64,000 nt of DNA. It comes from Limnothrix sp. BL-A-16 (GTDB lineage: Bacteria; Cyanobacteriota; Cyanobacteriia; CACIAM-69d). A program made the translations under genes and the position numbers. The stretch spans positions 4,160,001 through 4,224,000 of the forward strand of contig CP166615.1 of NCBI GenBank assembly GCA_041937175.2, read 5' to 3'. Positions 9,862 to 20,815 of the stretch are shown here, one piece after another. Under the pieces are notes generated by a model. It saw nothing but the letters and a program-made list of their open reading frames with translations, ran no database searches and was not told the DNA's origin. Each line of letters opens with the position of its first letter. The stretch's first letter is position 1.

Positions 9862-10332
9862 TGAACTTTTACCTATTCTCATCCTTGCCCGAGGGGTTGG
9901 CACGGGTCTAATCGTTAAAAATTCTTAAAGACTGCGACTGTCCTGCAATATTTGATCATCCCCCTTATCATGGCTCTTGGATCGCGACTGGGCGGGGCGA
10001 TCGAAGCCGCCCAGTCACGGGGCAAAATCAGTCTAGCTCTGGAACTGTGGGCACTGGCAATGGTTGTGAATAGTTGCCAAATAGTCGCGCGAGGAGTGGC
10101 GCGAGTAGTGGACGGAGGCAAAAAGTACCTAATTTGGCCCATAAACCGCAAGCACCGGAAGATCCATAGGACTCATCTTCCAGTGCTTGTGGTGGGTGAT
10201 GCTATGAGCTAGCTGAAAGGTTGGCTGCTCCCGATCGGGCGGCCTGGGGTTCGCGATGCCTAGGCAGCGATCACCCCTCTTGTTTGATAACAACCTAATT
10301 GCAACCGGCAGATGGCTCGCTAGGGTGAAGGC

Positions 10333-10692
10333 CTAGCTAGCGATCGTGCGAGGAGTGCCCTCAAGGGCTTGGTCTTCACTATCAAAAATTTCAAATACGG
10401 AATCCATCATGGTGACCTCGAAAACCAGCTTGGCTTCGGGGTGTACCTGACAGAGGCGAAAACTGCCTTTTTCCTTATCGGCATCACGCATCCCGGCAAC
10501 GAGCGAGGTGAGGCCAGAACTGTCAATGAAGTTGACCTTACTGAGATTCACGACGATATGAGGACTCAGCTTAGAAATACATTCTTGCAGTTTGAGGCGA
10601 AATTGCCAGGCTGTCGTAATGTCCAGCCGTCCTTCAGGGGTGAGAACAATTACCGTCGTGCCATCTTTGGTCGTGTGGGTCTTCTGCTCCAT
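10333..10692 (-). CDS. STAS-domain anti-sigma factor antagonist
   Basis: GRLD...VNLSKVNFIDSSGL phospho-serine motif. Confidence 0.92.
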   Translation of the reverse strand: MEQKTHTTKDGTTVIVLTPEGRLDITTAWQFRLKLQECISKLSPHIVVNLSKVNFIDSSGLTSLVAGMRDADKEKGSFRLCQVHPEAKLVFEVTMMDSVFEIFDSEDQALEGTPRTIAS

Positions 10693-10998
10693 GATGGATT
10701 GTTCGCTCTTGGGGGACTAGGAAGGGGGCTGGCCGACAGATCGTGTTGAGGACAGCGGCGGATCGGCAAGCACTTCATGACCATACCCAAACTCGGGGGC
10801 CAGTGGATGTGCAAAGAACGATCCCGGTCAGGACACGGAGATCGAAACAAAGCTGGGGGCTTGATGCTTCGATGTGATCGCACCGGCTACGAGCACCACG
10901 CAATCGGAAGCAGCGCTCGACAGGTAAGTCTCCTTCGGATTGTATCACGGCACCCCAGGAGACTTAAGGGGTCTCGGAGTGCCGTTTTCCCCAAGCTG

Positions 10999-12084
10999 CT
11001 AGGCAAGTCCAGGCACTTGAGGGGGTGCATTGAGCCAATCCTGCGGCTTCAGGAAGATCTCATAGAGACTCGCTTCCCGCGTGTTGGGGTCGGGTTGGTA
11101 GCCATATTCCCAACGCACGAGTGGCGGCAAAGACATCAAAATTGACTCTGTGCGACCGTTGGTTTGCAGCCCGAAGATCGTGCCGCGATCGTACACCAAG
11201 TTAAACTCAACGTACCGTCCTCGACGATAAAGCTGGAAATTTCGCTCCCGATCGCCATATTCCTGGGACTGGCGACGCTCAATGATCGGTACGTAGGCCG
11301 GTAGGAAGGCCCGTCCGCAACCTTGCACGAAGCCGAACAACTCTTCCCAATTGCGCTGAGCCGGCACGCCCACTTGCTTGCTGTGTTGGGCGGCGGGGCC
11401 TTGGGCATCGGGGCCGCGATAGAGTTCGTTGGTACCGTCTTGGTAATCAAAGAAGATGCCGCCAACCCCACGGGTTTCATTGCGGTGCTTCAGGAAGAAA
11501 TATTCATCGCACCAGAGTTTGAAGGTGTCGTAGTAGTGCGGATTGTGGCGATCGCACGCATCCTTCAGGGTTTGGTGAAAATGCACCACATCTTCCACAA
11601 AGGGGTAGTAGGGGGTGAGGTCAATGCCGCCCCCAAACCACCACACGGGGCCCGCTTCAAAGTAGCGGTAGTTGAGGTGAACCGTGGGAATGTAGGGATT
11701 TTTGGGGTGCAGCACCATGGAGGTACCGGTGGCATAGAAGCCGTGGCCGGCCGCTTCCGGGCGCTGGGTCAAAATTGAAGGGGGTAATTGAGTGCCCCAC
11801 ACTTCCGAGAAGTTGACTCCGCCTTGCTCAAATACGCCGCCGTTGGTGATGACGCGCGATCGCCCGCCGCCCCCTTCGGGCCGTTCCCAGGCATCTTCAC
11901 GGAACTGACCCGCCCCATCGGCGGCCGTCAGTCCCTGGCAAATTTCATCTTGAATTTGGCGCATCCATTGGCCAACCCGCTCACGGGAGTCGGCTGGCGG
12001 TGCGCCCGCAACCATGGGTTGGGCCTGGCCGTTGGCCTCGGGATGGGTGATCGATGACTTGGCGGGGGTTGCGAATGCGGTCAT
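10999..12084 (-). CDS. hemF: Oxygen-dependent coproporphyrinogen III oxidase
   Basis: [50 protein letters not shown]. Confidence 0.97.
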   Translation of the reverse strand: MTAFATPAKSSITHPEANGQAQPMVAGAPPADSRERVGQWMRQIQDEICQGLTAADGAGQFREDAWERPEGGGGRSRVITNGGVFEQGGVNFSEVWGTQLPPSILTQRPEAAGHGFYATGTSMVLHPKNPYIPTVHLNYRYFEAGPVWWFGGGIDLTPYYPFVEDVVHFHQTLKDACDRHNPHYYDTFKLWCDEYFFLKHRNETRGVGGIFFDYQDGTNELYRGPDAQGPAAQHSKQVGVPAQRNWEELFGFVQGCGRAFLPAYVPIIERRQSQEYGDRERNFQLYRRGRYVEFNLVYDRGTIFGLQTNGRTESILMSLPPLVRWEYGYQPDPNTREASLYEIFLKPQDWLNAPPQVPGLA

Positions 12085-12916
12085 AGCTAATGTCTAACGC
12101 AGTTTGTTAGGAAGCTTTAGGAAAAGGAAACGCCCGCGATCGACCTAAATTTAGGAACTCCCTCAGCCTGGGACGGGGGACGGCGATCGATCTTGGTAGA
12201 AAACAGGTTCTGGCGGTTGGGTCAGTTTCCTCACCCAAACGACAACCAGTGCCACGGTTGCTATTGACCCTCTAGCGTACCGGAGGCCCCTAAAAGTCCA
12301 GCCAAGCAGTCGTAGAACTTAACAATTTTGTTGTAATTCTGCTGCTGAATCGGAATCAATCGTTGGTACGAACGCTCGATCGCCCCCGATTGCCTAAGCC
12401 GCCGCCTACCAACTTCCCTTAACAAGACTGGGATCAAGATGGGGATCCGCTTGCAATTGAAGAACCTCCAGAACCATGAGAGCGACTCAAACAGATACTC
12501 AAATCAATACTCATCAATACTCAAACAGAACCCAAACAGATGTAGAAGCAATCTCTAGAACCCAACCCAGACTCCTGAGAACCGAGCCGCCCCAGATTTC
12601 CCCAAATCTCGATCTTGCAAGCCCTGAGAACAATCAGAACATGAGGAGCCTTCTGCTCGATCGGTAGCAGCCCACCGGCAAACGGTAAGATTTCAAAACA
12701 TATAAACTCTGAGTACAAATCCTTAGAATCACCCAAAAGTTCCTGAATCATCCCGACTCGCTGCCATGGCCGCACCATCGGCCCCCGCAATCAGAGTCTT
12801 GGAAACTTCAGTGAATTCGGGATCTCTGAGGGATCTGTTCGGGATCTCTTTTAGCCTCAGCTTCCGATTAAGACTCAGCTTTCGACTCAGCTACGCCAAC
12901 GAATTCCCACTCACCC

Positions 12917-13996
12917 ATGACTGCTACCGCCCTCAGTCCCGAAGCCGTGCTTGAGATTTTGCGCCCCGTGGAAGATCCGGAACTGCGCAAAAGCCTTGTT
13001 GAGTTGAACATGATCCGCAACGTCAGCATTGATGGTGGCGCTGTGCGGTTCACCCTGGTGCTGACGACCCCCGCTTGCCCCCTGCGGGAATTTATTGTGG
13101 ATGACTGCAAGCGAGCGGTGAAAACCCTGCCCGGTGTGGAGTCGGTGGACGTGGAAGTGACGGCCGAAACGCCGCAACAGAAATCTTTGCCCGATCGCTC
13201 GGGAATTTCCGGCGTGAAAAACATCCTGGCCGTGTCCAGCGGTAAGGGAGGTGTGGGCAAAAGCACCGTAGCTGTGAATATTGCCGTTTCCCTGGCCCAA
13301 GCGGGGGCCAAAGTGGGGCTAATTGATGCCGACATCTATGGGCCCAACGTGCCGACCATGCTGGGTTTAACCCAGGCGGAGGTGATGGTGCGGCCAGGGC
13401 AGGGGCAAGGGCAAGACATCTTGGAACCGGCGGAAAACCACGGCGTGAAGATGGTGTCCATGGGCTTCTTGATTGACCCCGATCAACCGGTGATTTGGCG
13501 GGGGCCGATGCTGAACGGCATCATTCGCCAATTCCTGTACCAAGTGGATTGGGGCGAGTTGGACTATTTAATCGTGGATATGCCGCCGGGAACGGGGGAT
13601 GCCCAGTTGACCATGGCCCAAGCCGTACCCATGGCGGGGGCGGTGATTGTGACCACGCCCCAAACGGTGTCGCTGATTGATGCGCGGCGGGGGCTAAAGA
13701 TGTTCCAGCAGCTCAGTGTGCCGGTGTTGGGGATCGTGGAAAATATGAGCTACTTCATTCCGCCGGATCTGCCCGATCGCCAATACGACCTATTTGGTTC
13801 GGGTGGCGGTAAAAAGACAGCGGAAGAATTAGCAGTGCCGCTGCTGGGCTGTGTGCCCTTGGAGATGCCTGTGCGGGAAGGGGGCGATCGGGGTGTGCCC
13901 ATTGTGGTGTCGGCTCCGGATTCGGCCTCAGCCCAGGCCCTGAAGGCGATCGCCCAGGCCGTGGCGGCACGGGTTTCGGTAATGGCCCTGAGCTAG
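12917..13996 (+). CDS. mrp: Mrp/NBP35 (ApbC) Fe-S carrier ATPase
   Basis: N-terminal DUF59-like DPEL...TTPACP; SGKGGVGKST; DADIYGP; DMPPGTGD. Confidence 0.95.
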   Translation: MTATALSPEAVLEILRPVEDPELRKSLVELNMIRNVSIDGGAVRFTLVLTTPACPLREFIVDDCKRAVKTLPGVESVDVEVTAETPQQKSLPDRSGISGVKNILAVSSGKGGVGKSTVAVNIAVSLAQAGAKVGLIDADIYGPNVPTMLGLTQAEVMVRPGQGQGQDILEPAENHGVKMVSMGFLIDPDQPVIWRGPMLNGIIRQFLYQVDWGELDYLIVDMPPGTGDAQLTMAQAVPMAGAVIVTTPQTVSLIDARRGLKMFQQLSVPVLGIVENMSYFIPPDLPDRQYDLFGSGGGKKTAEELAVPLLGCVPLEMPVREGGDRGVPIVVSAPDSASAQALKAIAQAVAARVSVMALS

Positions 13997-14097
13997 TTTG
14001 CCTGAACTCGTTTGGGGGTTACCGGCGACTGGCGGCGAACCATCGGGCCATCGCTCCGCTACTGTTTGATCCAATCCTCGCCCTTTGCTTGCACTCA

Positions 14098-15357
14098 ATG
14101 GCTTCTTCCATGTTGCGCTCCAGTCGCTGGAATCTCAAATCCCTGATTCAACCCTGGGCTGATATTGACTGGGTGTTGCTGCTGGCGGTCACGGTGATGA
14201 CCGTTATTGGTGGCATCAGCATCCGCAGCGTCGAACTCAGCTCCGGGGGCACGAACTGGATTCAACACCTGGTGATGGGAGCCATTGGTTTAATCATTGC
14301 CCTGTGGCTAGCCCGATCGCGCTATGAAGAAGTGGAGCGTTGGCGCTGGTGGATCTATGGCGGCATTAACCTGCTGTTGATTGCGGTGATGCTGTTCGGG
14401 ACAACGGCCTTGGGGGCAGAACGTTGGCTGACGATCGGGAACTTTAATATTCAGCCTTCGGAGTTTGCCAAGGTGGGGCTAATCATCACCCTAGCCAGCG
14501 CCATCAACCAAGAAAGCATTTCCACCCTGCCGCGTTTGTTCCAGGTGCTAGCCGTGACGGCCGTGCCCGCAGCCCTGGTGTTCTTGCAGCCCAGCTTGGG
14601 ATCAACGTTGGTGCTGGGGTCGATTTGCATGAGCATGTTGTATTGGGGCAATGCCAATCCCGGTTGGCTGGCGCTGCTGGTGTCGCCGGTAATTTCCGCT
14701 GTGCTGTTTAACGTTTATTTGCCCGCTTGGTTGGCTTGGGTGGCCCTGATGGGGTTTGCGGCTTGGAAAAGTCTGCCCTGGCGCATCTATGGCAGCTTGG
14801 GGGCGATCGTGGTGAACCTGACCTCCGGGGGGTTGGGCAAAATCTTTTGGGACTTTCTGAAGCCATACCAAAAGGCCCGAATCACCATGTTTCTCAATCC
14901 AGATCAGGATCCGATGGGTGGGGGCTATCACTTGATCCAGTCGCGGATCGCGATCGGGGCGGGGGAACTTTGGGGCCAGGGGTTGTTCAAAGGAACCCAA
15001 ACCCAGTTGAACTTCATTCCCGAGCAAGACACGGACTTTATCTTTGCGGCGGTGGGCGAAGAGCTGGGTTTTATTGGCTCGATCGTGGTGCTGGCCCTGT
15101 TTTGGATTATTTGCCTGCGGTTGGTGTCGATCGCCCAATCCGCGAAAGATAACTTTGGCTCGGCGATCGCGATTGGCGTGTTGGGAATGTTGATTTTCCA
15201 AATTACGGTCAACATTGGGATGACAATTGGACTGGCTCCGATCACGGGGATTCCTTTGCCCTGGTTGAGTTATGGGCGATCGGCAATGCTCACGAATTTT
15301 GTGGCGATCGGGCTGGTGCTGTCGGTGGCCAACCATCGCCAGCGGCTGCGATTCTAG
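14098..15357 (+). CDS. rodA: Rod shape-determining protein RodA (SEDS family)
   Basis: GAERW, IQPSEFAK, GYHLIQSRIAIGAG, FIPEQDTDFIF, PITGIPLPWLSYG. Confidence 0.93.
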   Translation: MASSMLRSSRWNLKSLIQPWADIDWVLLLAVTVMTVIGGISIRSVELSSGGTNWIQHLVMGAIGLIIALWLARSRYEEVERWRWWIYGGINLLLIAVMLFGTTALGAERWLTIGNFNIQPSEFAKVGLIITLASAINQESISTLPRLFQVLAVTAVPAALVFLQPSLGSTLVLGSICMSMLYWGNANPGWLALLVSPVISAVLFNVYLPAWLAWVALMGFAAWKSLPWRIYGSLGAIVVNLTSGGLGKIFWDFLKPYQKARITMFLNPDQDPMGGGYHLIQSRIAIGAGELWGQGLFKGTQTQLNFIPEQDTDFIFAAVGEELGFIGSIVVLALFWIICLRLVSIAQSAKDNFGSAIAIGVLGMLIFQITVNIGMTIGLAPITGIPLPWLSYGRSAMLTNFVAIGLVLSVANHRQRLRF

Positions 15358-15454
15358 CGGTTGCGATTCTGAACTGGGATTTCGTCACTAGAGTTTTGAC
15401 GGCTCTCCCTTGTTTTCCGTGGCTTTTAACGGCATCAGGTATTAGGACTCAGCG

Positions 15455-16120
15455 GTGTTTACAGGATTGGTGCAAGGACTGGGAACCCTGGAACGGCTGG
15501 GGAACGATCGGGTGGTGATTACCTGCGAACCCGAGGCGATCGGGGCGATCGTCCCCGGTTTGGAACTGGGTGATAGCGTGGCGGTGAACGGGGTGTGCTT
15601 GACGGTGGAAACCCTGTTGCCCGATGGGTTTGTGGCGGCGGTGTCCCCGGAAACCATCGATCGCACTACCCTGGGGCAAGGGCAGCGCGTGAATTTGGAA
15701 CCCTCGTTGCGGGTGGGCAGCAAAATTGGCGGCCACTTCGTGACGGGCCATGTGGATGGGCCCGGCTGGTTTGAATCAGCGATCGCCACGGCCACCTCCT
15801 GGGAACTGAGTTTTCAGGCGAGCGATCGGGTCGCGCGTTACATCGTTCAAAAGGGCAGCATCGCGATCGATGGCATCAGCCTAACGATCGCCGATTGTTC
15901 TGACGACGGCCGCTGGTTCAAGGTGGCCGCCATCCCCCACACTTATGCCCACACCACCTTGCAGGACTTGCAGCCTGGGGCCGCCGTCAACCTGGAAGGG
16001 GATGTGTTGGGAAAATATGTTGAAAAACTACTGCGATCGGGAGCGGTTCCCCTGAACGGCAGCGCTGGGGAGAGCTATGCCATTACCCCCGACTTTTTAG
16101 CGGAGCATGGCTATCTTTAG
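15455..16120 (+). CDS. ribE: Riboflavin synthase (alpha chain)
   Basis: MFTGLV N-terminus, GDSVAVNGVCLTV, GGHFVTGHVD, KGSIAIDGISLT. Confidence 0.96.
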   Translation: MFTGLVQGLGTLERLGNDRVVITCEPEAIGAIVPGLELGDSVAVNGVCLTVETLLPDGFVAAVSPETIDRTTLGQGQRVNLEPSLRVGSKIGGHFVTGHVDGPGWFESAIATATSWELSFQASDRVARYIVQKGSIAIDGISLTIADCSDDGRWFKVAAIPHTYAHTTLQDLQPGAAVNLEGDVLGKYVEKLLRSGAVPLNGSAGESYAITPDFLAEHGYL

Positions 16121-16300
16121 AGGCTCGATCGCTCGTAGCCCGAACCAGCCCCATGCAGGGATTGCTGAGGAATACCGGGGCGATCGGGCAAGGGCCGCGA
16201 AACCCAGTACCATAGATCCCGGAGATTAGGCAGAAAGATTCAGCAAATCCCTGAGCAAACCTCAACGCTTGGCGATCATCATTTGCAATCTCGAAGCTGA

Positions 16301-16443
16301 GGAACTGTCGTCGTTTTGCCCGAAACCTCAGATCTGCCGCTAGCGGATCGTGGGGGGGCAAGGGGCTTAAGCCCCTTGGTACAACGATTGGGGCACGAAA
16401 AATCAACGGTTTCAGCCTCGCCTCGAAAAATGACGACAGACCC
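16301..16443. mobile_element. MITE family A, 143 bp, diverged copy
   Basis: Ends GGAACTGTCGTC...GACGACAGACCC-TA; colinear with the reverse complement of 60997-61139; central palindrome; no ORF. Confidence 0.8.
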
Positions 16444-16639
16444 TAGGCAAACCGATCAATTCATAACCGGCGACAACCGATCAGGCGCTGAATCAATAGG
16501 CTCTGATCAATGACTGAATTCATTTCTGATGTTGCGGTTCTTGAGGTTGCGGTTTGCGCTCCGGCCCCCGATGCGCCATTTCCGGCCGATTTTCCTTTAA
16601 CAACCATTTCTTGAAAACGCTGGTTCTTCCTAGGTTGGC

Positions 16640-17371
16640 ATGAGCGATTCCCCTGCGTCCGCCGTCATTGACCCGTCTACCGCCCTCGACTCCTTGGCCA
16701 CCGCGCTCAACAGCGGCAACCTGAAAAAGCAATTGGCTGCCCTTCCGGCGTTGGCGGCCCTGGATGATGGTGTGGCCTTGCTGATCGACTTTGCCAAGGA
16801 TCGATCGCCCCAGCCCTTGGCCATTGAAACGATCGATCCGCTGCTGGGCCGCATCTGCCAACTGTTGAACCGGGCCGACTTGCCCCAGGCTCGCAACTTC
16901 CTCGAAGGCTACTATCCCGATGGGGTGGTGGAGTTGCCCGGGGAATGCACCGTGGACTACCAACCCATTCAAGCGGCGTTGCTTGAGGAAGATTTTGATC
17001 AGGCCGATCGAATCACCATCCAAAAATTGTGTGAGCTGGCGGGCCCCGAAGCTGCCAAGCGCAAATGGCTGTATTTCACCGAGGTCGATCGCTTCCCCGC
17101 CCTCGATCTGCAAGTGATTGATGGCCTCTGGCGTACCTACTCCGAAGGGAAATTTGGCTTTTCGATTCAGCGCGAAATTTGGCTGGGTGTGGGGCAAGAT
17201 TGGGAAAAATTCTGGCCCAAAATTAACTGGAAACAGGGCAACCACTGGACGCGCTGGCCCAGTGAATTTACCTGGAATTTGGAAGCGCCCCGAGGCCATT
17301 TACCCACCACCAATCAACTGCGGGGCGTGCGGGTGATGAATGCCCTGATGCGCCATCCGGCTTGGTCTTAG
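16640..17371 (+). CDS. gun4: GUN4 (Ycf53) porphyrin-binding Mg-chelatase activator
   Basis: ADRITIQKLCELAG..A.KRKWLYFTEV, SEGKFGFSIQREIW, APRGHLP.TNQLRG. Confidence 0.93.
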   Translation: MSDSPASAVIDPSTALDSLATALNSGNLKKQLAALPALAALDDGVALLIDFAKDRSPQPLAIETIDPLLGRICQLLNRADLPQARNFLEGYYPDGVVELPGECTVDYQPIQAALLEEDFDQADRITIQKLCELAGPEAAKRKWLYFTEVDRFPALDLQVIDGLWRTYSEGKFGFSIQREIWLGVGQDWEKFWPKINWKQGNHWTRWPSEFTWNLEAPRGHLPTTNQLRGVRVMNALMRHPAWS

Positions 17372-17501
17372 AGGATGTCTAAAAAGCCAACATTGCTACG
17401 CTGTACGCCCCAGAGATCGATGTAGACAAGGGGCTTAAGCCCCTTGTTCCTACGACAATTAGTCTTTAGCCCGTACTGAAAGATACTTCTCAGACATCCT
17501 C
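17371..17501. mobile_element. MITE family B, 131 bp, TTA target duplication
   Basis: TTA-GAGGATGTCTAAAAAG...CTTCTCAGACATCCTC-TTA (14/16 terminal inverted repeat); contains the 20-bp palindrome. Confidence 0.85.
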
Positions 17502-17665
17502 TTAGGGGTTAGCCAAGGGTTGCGCTGGTAGTTACGCAAAGGGTTGCGCGAATCATTGAGCTAATTCGGGGGAACCGCCAGCGGCGCGATCGCTAGCCAT
17601 TGGGCCCCGATCGCCCTAGGCTGAATGTGCTGTTTTCCACGCAGGCATCGCCGCCACCTCCTCGC

Positions 17666-19114
17666 ATGACCCCTTGGGACACGATCGGGCAAACCCTCAC
17701 CCTCTCTGGAGTCGCCTTAACCCAGTGGCGACAAACAAGCTGGCTGGGTCGTTGGATTGGGGCCCTCAGCGCCTGGCGACAAAGTAGCTGGCTGCTCCAT
17801 TGGGGCGAAACCCTGCTGGCCCTGTTGGCGGCCGCGGTTTTTGGCTTGGCTCCCTTTGCCGAAACGGATTTGCTAGGGCTGTTGCTGTTGGCGGCCGGTG
17901 CTTTTTGGGTGTTGCTAACGGTGACCGATCGCCCTGTTGCCGCTGCGGAAGCTGGCGATCAGCCTGGATTGTTCACCCCCATTCACCTGTTGGTGTTGCT
18001 TTATGGGGCGATCGCCACCGTGGCCGTGGCCTTTTCGCCTGTCCAGGCTGCTGCCTTCGTGGGTTGGACCAAGTTGGTTTTGTATCTGGTCTTCTTCTGT
18101 GTTCTGGCTCGGGTCACCCGGTTGGAACGGGGCCGCGCCATCATCACCACCGTCTACCTGCTGGCCGCCTTAGCCACCAGCGTCTATGGTCTGCGGCAAT
18201 GGATCTTTGGAGCCGATGCCCTGGCCACCTGGGTTGATCCAGAATCACCCCTTAGCAAAACCACCCGAGTCTATAGCTATTTGGGCAATCCCAACCTGCT
18301 AGCCGGTTACCTAGAGGCCTCGGTTCCCCTGAGTGTGGCGGCGATCTTGGCCTGGAAAGGCTGGATCCAAAAAATCTTAGGCGTGGTGCTGTTGGGGCTG
18401 AATGGAACCTGTCTGGTGCTCACCTTCAGCCGAGGGGGGTGGATTGGGCTGGTGGTGGAGTTGGCGGTGCTGGGAATTTTGCTGCTCTATTGGTGGTCTG
18501 TGCGGTTCACTCCCTTTTGGCGACGGTGGGCGATGCCGGCCCTGTTGGGCGGTGGCACAACCCTGATGGTGTTGGCGGTGGCGGCGTTGGAACCCCTGCG
18601 CGATCGGGTCTTCAGCATCTTTGCGGGCCGGGGCGACAGCAGCAACAACTTCCGCATTAACGTTTGGCAAGCGGTTTTGCAGATGATCCAAGACCGCCCT
18701 TGGTTAGGCATTGGCCCCGGTAATGTGGCCTTTAACCGTGTCTATCCGCGTTACCAAAAGCCGAAATTCAGCGCCCTCAGTGCCTATTCCGTGGTTTTGG
18801 AAGTGTTGGTGGAAACGGGTGTGATTGGGTTCACCTGCTTTGTTTGGCTGTTGGGCATGACGGTTTATCAGGGGGGACGGGCCCTGAATCGACTGCGAAA
18901 ACTGCAAGCCAGCCAGGGCTATTGGTTGCTGGCGGCCTTGGCCACCATGGCTGGTATGTTGGCCCATGGTTTGGTGGATACGGTTTGGTATCGCCCCCAG
19001 GTCAGCACCCTATTCTGGTTGATGTTGGCCCTGGTGGCTGGGTTCTATCAACCACCGACCATTGCTTCAGCGGCAACCCCCGATCGCCCAAACTTGGCTA
19101 GCGAAGAGAGTTAA
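17666..19114 (+). CDS. ictB: IctB-family membrane protein (O-antigen ligase-like)
   Basis: LATWVDP.S...TRVYSYLGNPNLLAGYL, TFSRGGW, DSSNNFRINVW, GIGPGN.AFN. Confidence 0.93.
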   Translation: MTPWDTIGQTLTLSGVALTQWRQTSWLGRWIGALSAWRQSSWLLHWGETLLALLAAAVFGLAPFAETDLLGLLLLAAGAFWVLLTVTDRPVAAAEAGDQPGLFTPIHLLVLLYGAIATVAVAFSPVQAAAFVGWTKLVLYLVFFCVLARVTRLERGRAIITTVYLLAALATSVYGLRQWIFGADALATWVDPESPLSKTTRVYSYLGNPNLLAGYLEASVPLSVAAILAWKGWIQKILGVVLLGLNGTCLVLTFSRGGWIGLVVELAVLGILLLYWWSVRFTPFWRRWAMPALLGGGTTLMVLAVAALEPLRDRVFSIFAGRGDSSNNFRINVWQAVLQMIQDRPWLGIGPGNVAFNRVYPRYQKPKFSALSAYSVVLEVLVETGVIGFTCFVWLLGMTVYQGGRALNRLRKLQASQGYWLLAALATMAGMLAHGLVDTVWYRPQVSTLFWLMLALVAGFYQPPTIASAATPDRPNLASEES

Positions 19115-19344
19115 TCTCATCCGCCCGTTCCTGATTGATGAACCCCAATTAGTTGATGAATCCCAATTAACTGAATCTCTTCAACCACACTCAATCGTTC
19201 AACCGTTAGTCAAGTAAACCGCTAGTCAAGCGCTGGAGAATTTTGAAGCCAGCGGGGGCAGATTGCTGGTTTGGGAAACCCGATCGAGCCGATCGGAGTC
19301 GAATCCCGCAGTGGCCTGTTGATGAATTCGGTTAACGGATAGTT

Positions 19345-20754
19345 ATGACCCTTGAATCGCTCGATCGCCGTTCGCGCATTGCCGTTGCTTCCAATGAGGC
19401 GAATGATGTGCGGTTTTTGTCCTCCACGGGCCAGGGATTCGATGGGGTCGTGGGCTATGGCACGGGGGGCCAAGTAGACTGCACCGGTTCGCTGCTGTTG
19501 TCGGGTCAGCATGTGGTGACGGCGGCCCATTGCGTGAGCGATCGCCTGGTGAGCGACAGTAGCTATCAGGTGTATTTCGATCTGCCGGAGGGGCGACAGT
19601 CGGTGCGGGTGCGACAAATTTTTGTCCATCCCAACTGGGACAATTTCGATCCGGATTCCAACAACGATGTGGCGATCCTATGGCTCGATTCCCGCGCTCC
19701 CGATGGGGCCGATCGCTACGATATTTACCGCAGTGGCGATGAAGTAGGGCAGGTGGCGACCCTGGTGGGCTATGGTCAGCCGGGCACAGGCAGTGTTGGG
19801 GAGCTGGTCGGTGATTTTCCCGCCATTCGCCGGTTAGGAACCAACCGCATTGATGGGCTAGGGGATGTTTTAAACCGCCGGTCGAATGTGGCCGTGCTGC
19901 CTGGAACTCAGTTGATCTATGACTTTGACAATGGCACCGATCGCAATGATGGCCTAGGGCGTGATTTTGGCCTGCTCGATCGGGGCACGGGCAGCACTGA
20001 AGTGGGATCCAGCAGTGGCGACTCCGGGGGGCCCTTGTTTCTGGGCAACCGCGTGGCCGGGGTGGTGTCCTATGGCGCTGTGCCCCGGGCCACGGGAGCC
20101 GATGTGACCGGTGCAAACGACACCAGCTACGGCGAAATTTTTGCGGCGACCCGGCTTTCGACCTTTTCCAGTTGGATTGACAGCACGATCGCTCGCACCC
20201 TTTCCGGCAGTGATCTGTTGGTCGGGACCAATCGCCCCGACACCCTTTCCGGCAACCAAGGCAACGACACCCTGGCGGGTCGCGACGGGAATGATTTTCT
20301 CTCCGGCGGCCGCGATGACGATCGCCTCGAAGGCGGTGATGGTGATGATGATCTGTATGGGAACCTGGGCAATGACCTGCTCTTTGGGGAAGCGGGCAAC
20401 GACAGCCTCTTTGGTGGCCAAGGCGATGACACCCTGATCGGCGGCGATGGGAATGATTGGCTGAGTGGCGATCGGGGAGTGGACTTGCTGACGGGTGGAG
20501 CCGGAGTCGATCGCTTCATTCTCAATCCCACCACCGCCGACAGTAACCCTGCCCTAGCCGACATCATCACCGACTTCAGCGCGGAAGATGTGATTAGTCT
20601 CGCGGGAGGCTTAACGGCCAGTGCGATCGCTTTGGAAGTGGGCAATCTGCGCAACACGTCAGGGACATTTATTCGTGGCGCGGGTGTTGTGTTGGGATTT
20701 GTCAACAACACCGATCCCAGTCAGTTAGCCGGCCGTTTTGAGGCGATCGGGTAA
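19345..20754 (+). CDS. Trypsin-like serine protease with RTX Ca-binding repeats
   Basis: TAAHC, NNDVA and GDSGGP triad; about 10 GGxGxDxL-type nonapeptides near the C-terminus. Confidence 0.9.
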   Translation: MTLESLDRRSRIAVASNEANDVRFLSSTGQGFDGVVGYGTGGQVDCTGSLLLSGQHVVTAAHCVSDRLVSDSSYQVYFDLPEGRQSVRVRQIFVHPNWDNFDPDSNNDVAILWLDSRAPDGADRYDIYRSGDEVGQVATLVGYGQPGTGSVGELVGDFPAIRRLGTNRIDGLGDVLNRRSNVAVLPGTQLIYDFDNGTDRNDGLGRDFGLLDRGTGSTEVGSSSGDSGGPLFLGNRVAGVVSYGAVPRATGADVTGANDTSYGEIFAATRLSTFSSWIDSTIARTLSGSDLLVGTNRPDTLSGNQGNDTLAGRDGNDFLSGGRDDDRLEGGDGDDDLYGNLGNDLLFGEAGNDSLFGGQGDDTLIGGDGNDWLSGDRGVDLLTGGAGVDRFILNPTTADSNPALADIITDFSAEDVISLAGGLTASAIALEVGNLRNTSGTFIRGAGVVLGFVNNTDPSQLAGRFEAIG

Positions 20755-20815
20755 CGTCGCCTGCTAGAACGGAGGGCAGCACCCGCTTGCTTGGCCGTTC
20801 TCGAGGAACTACCCC

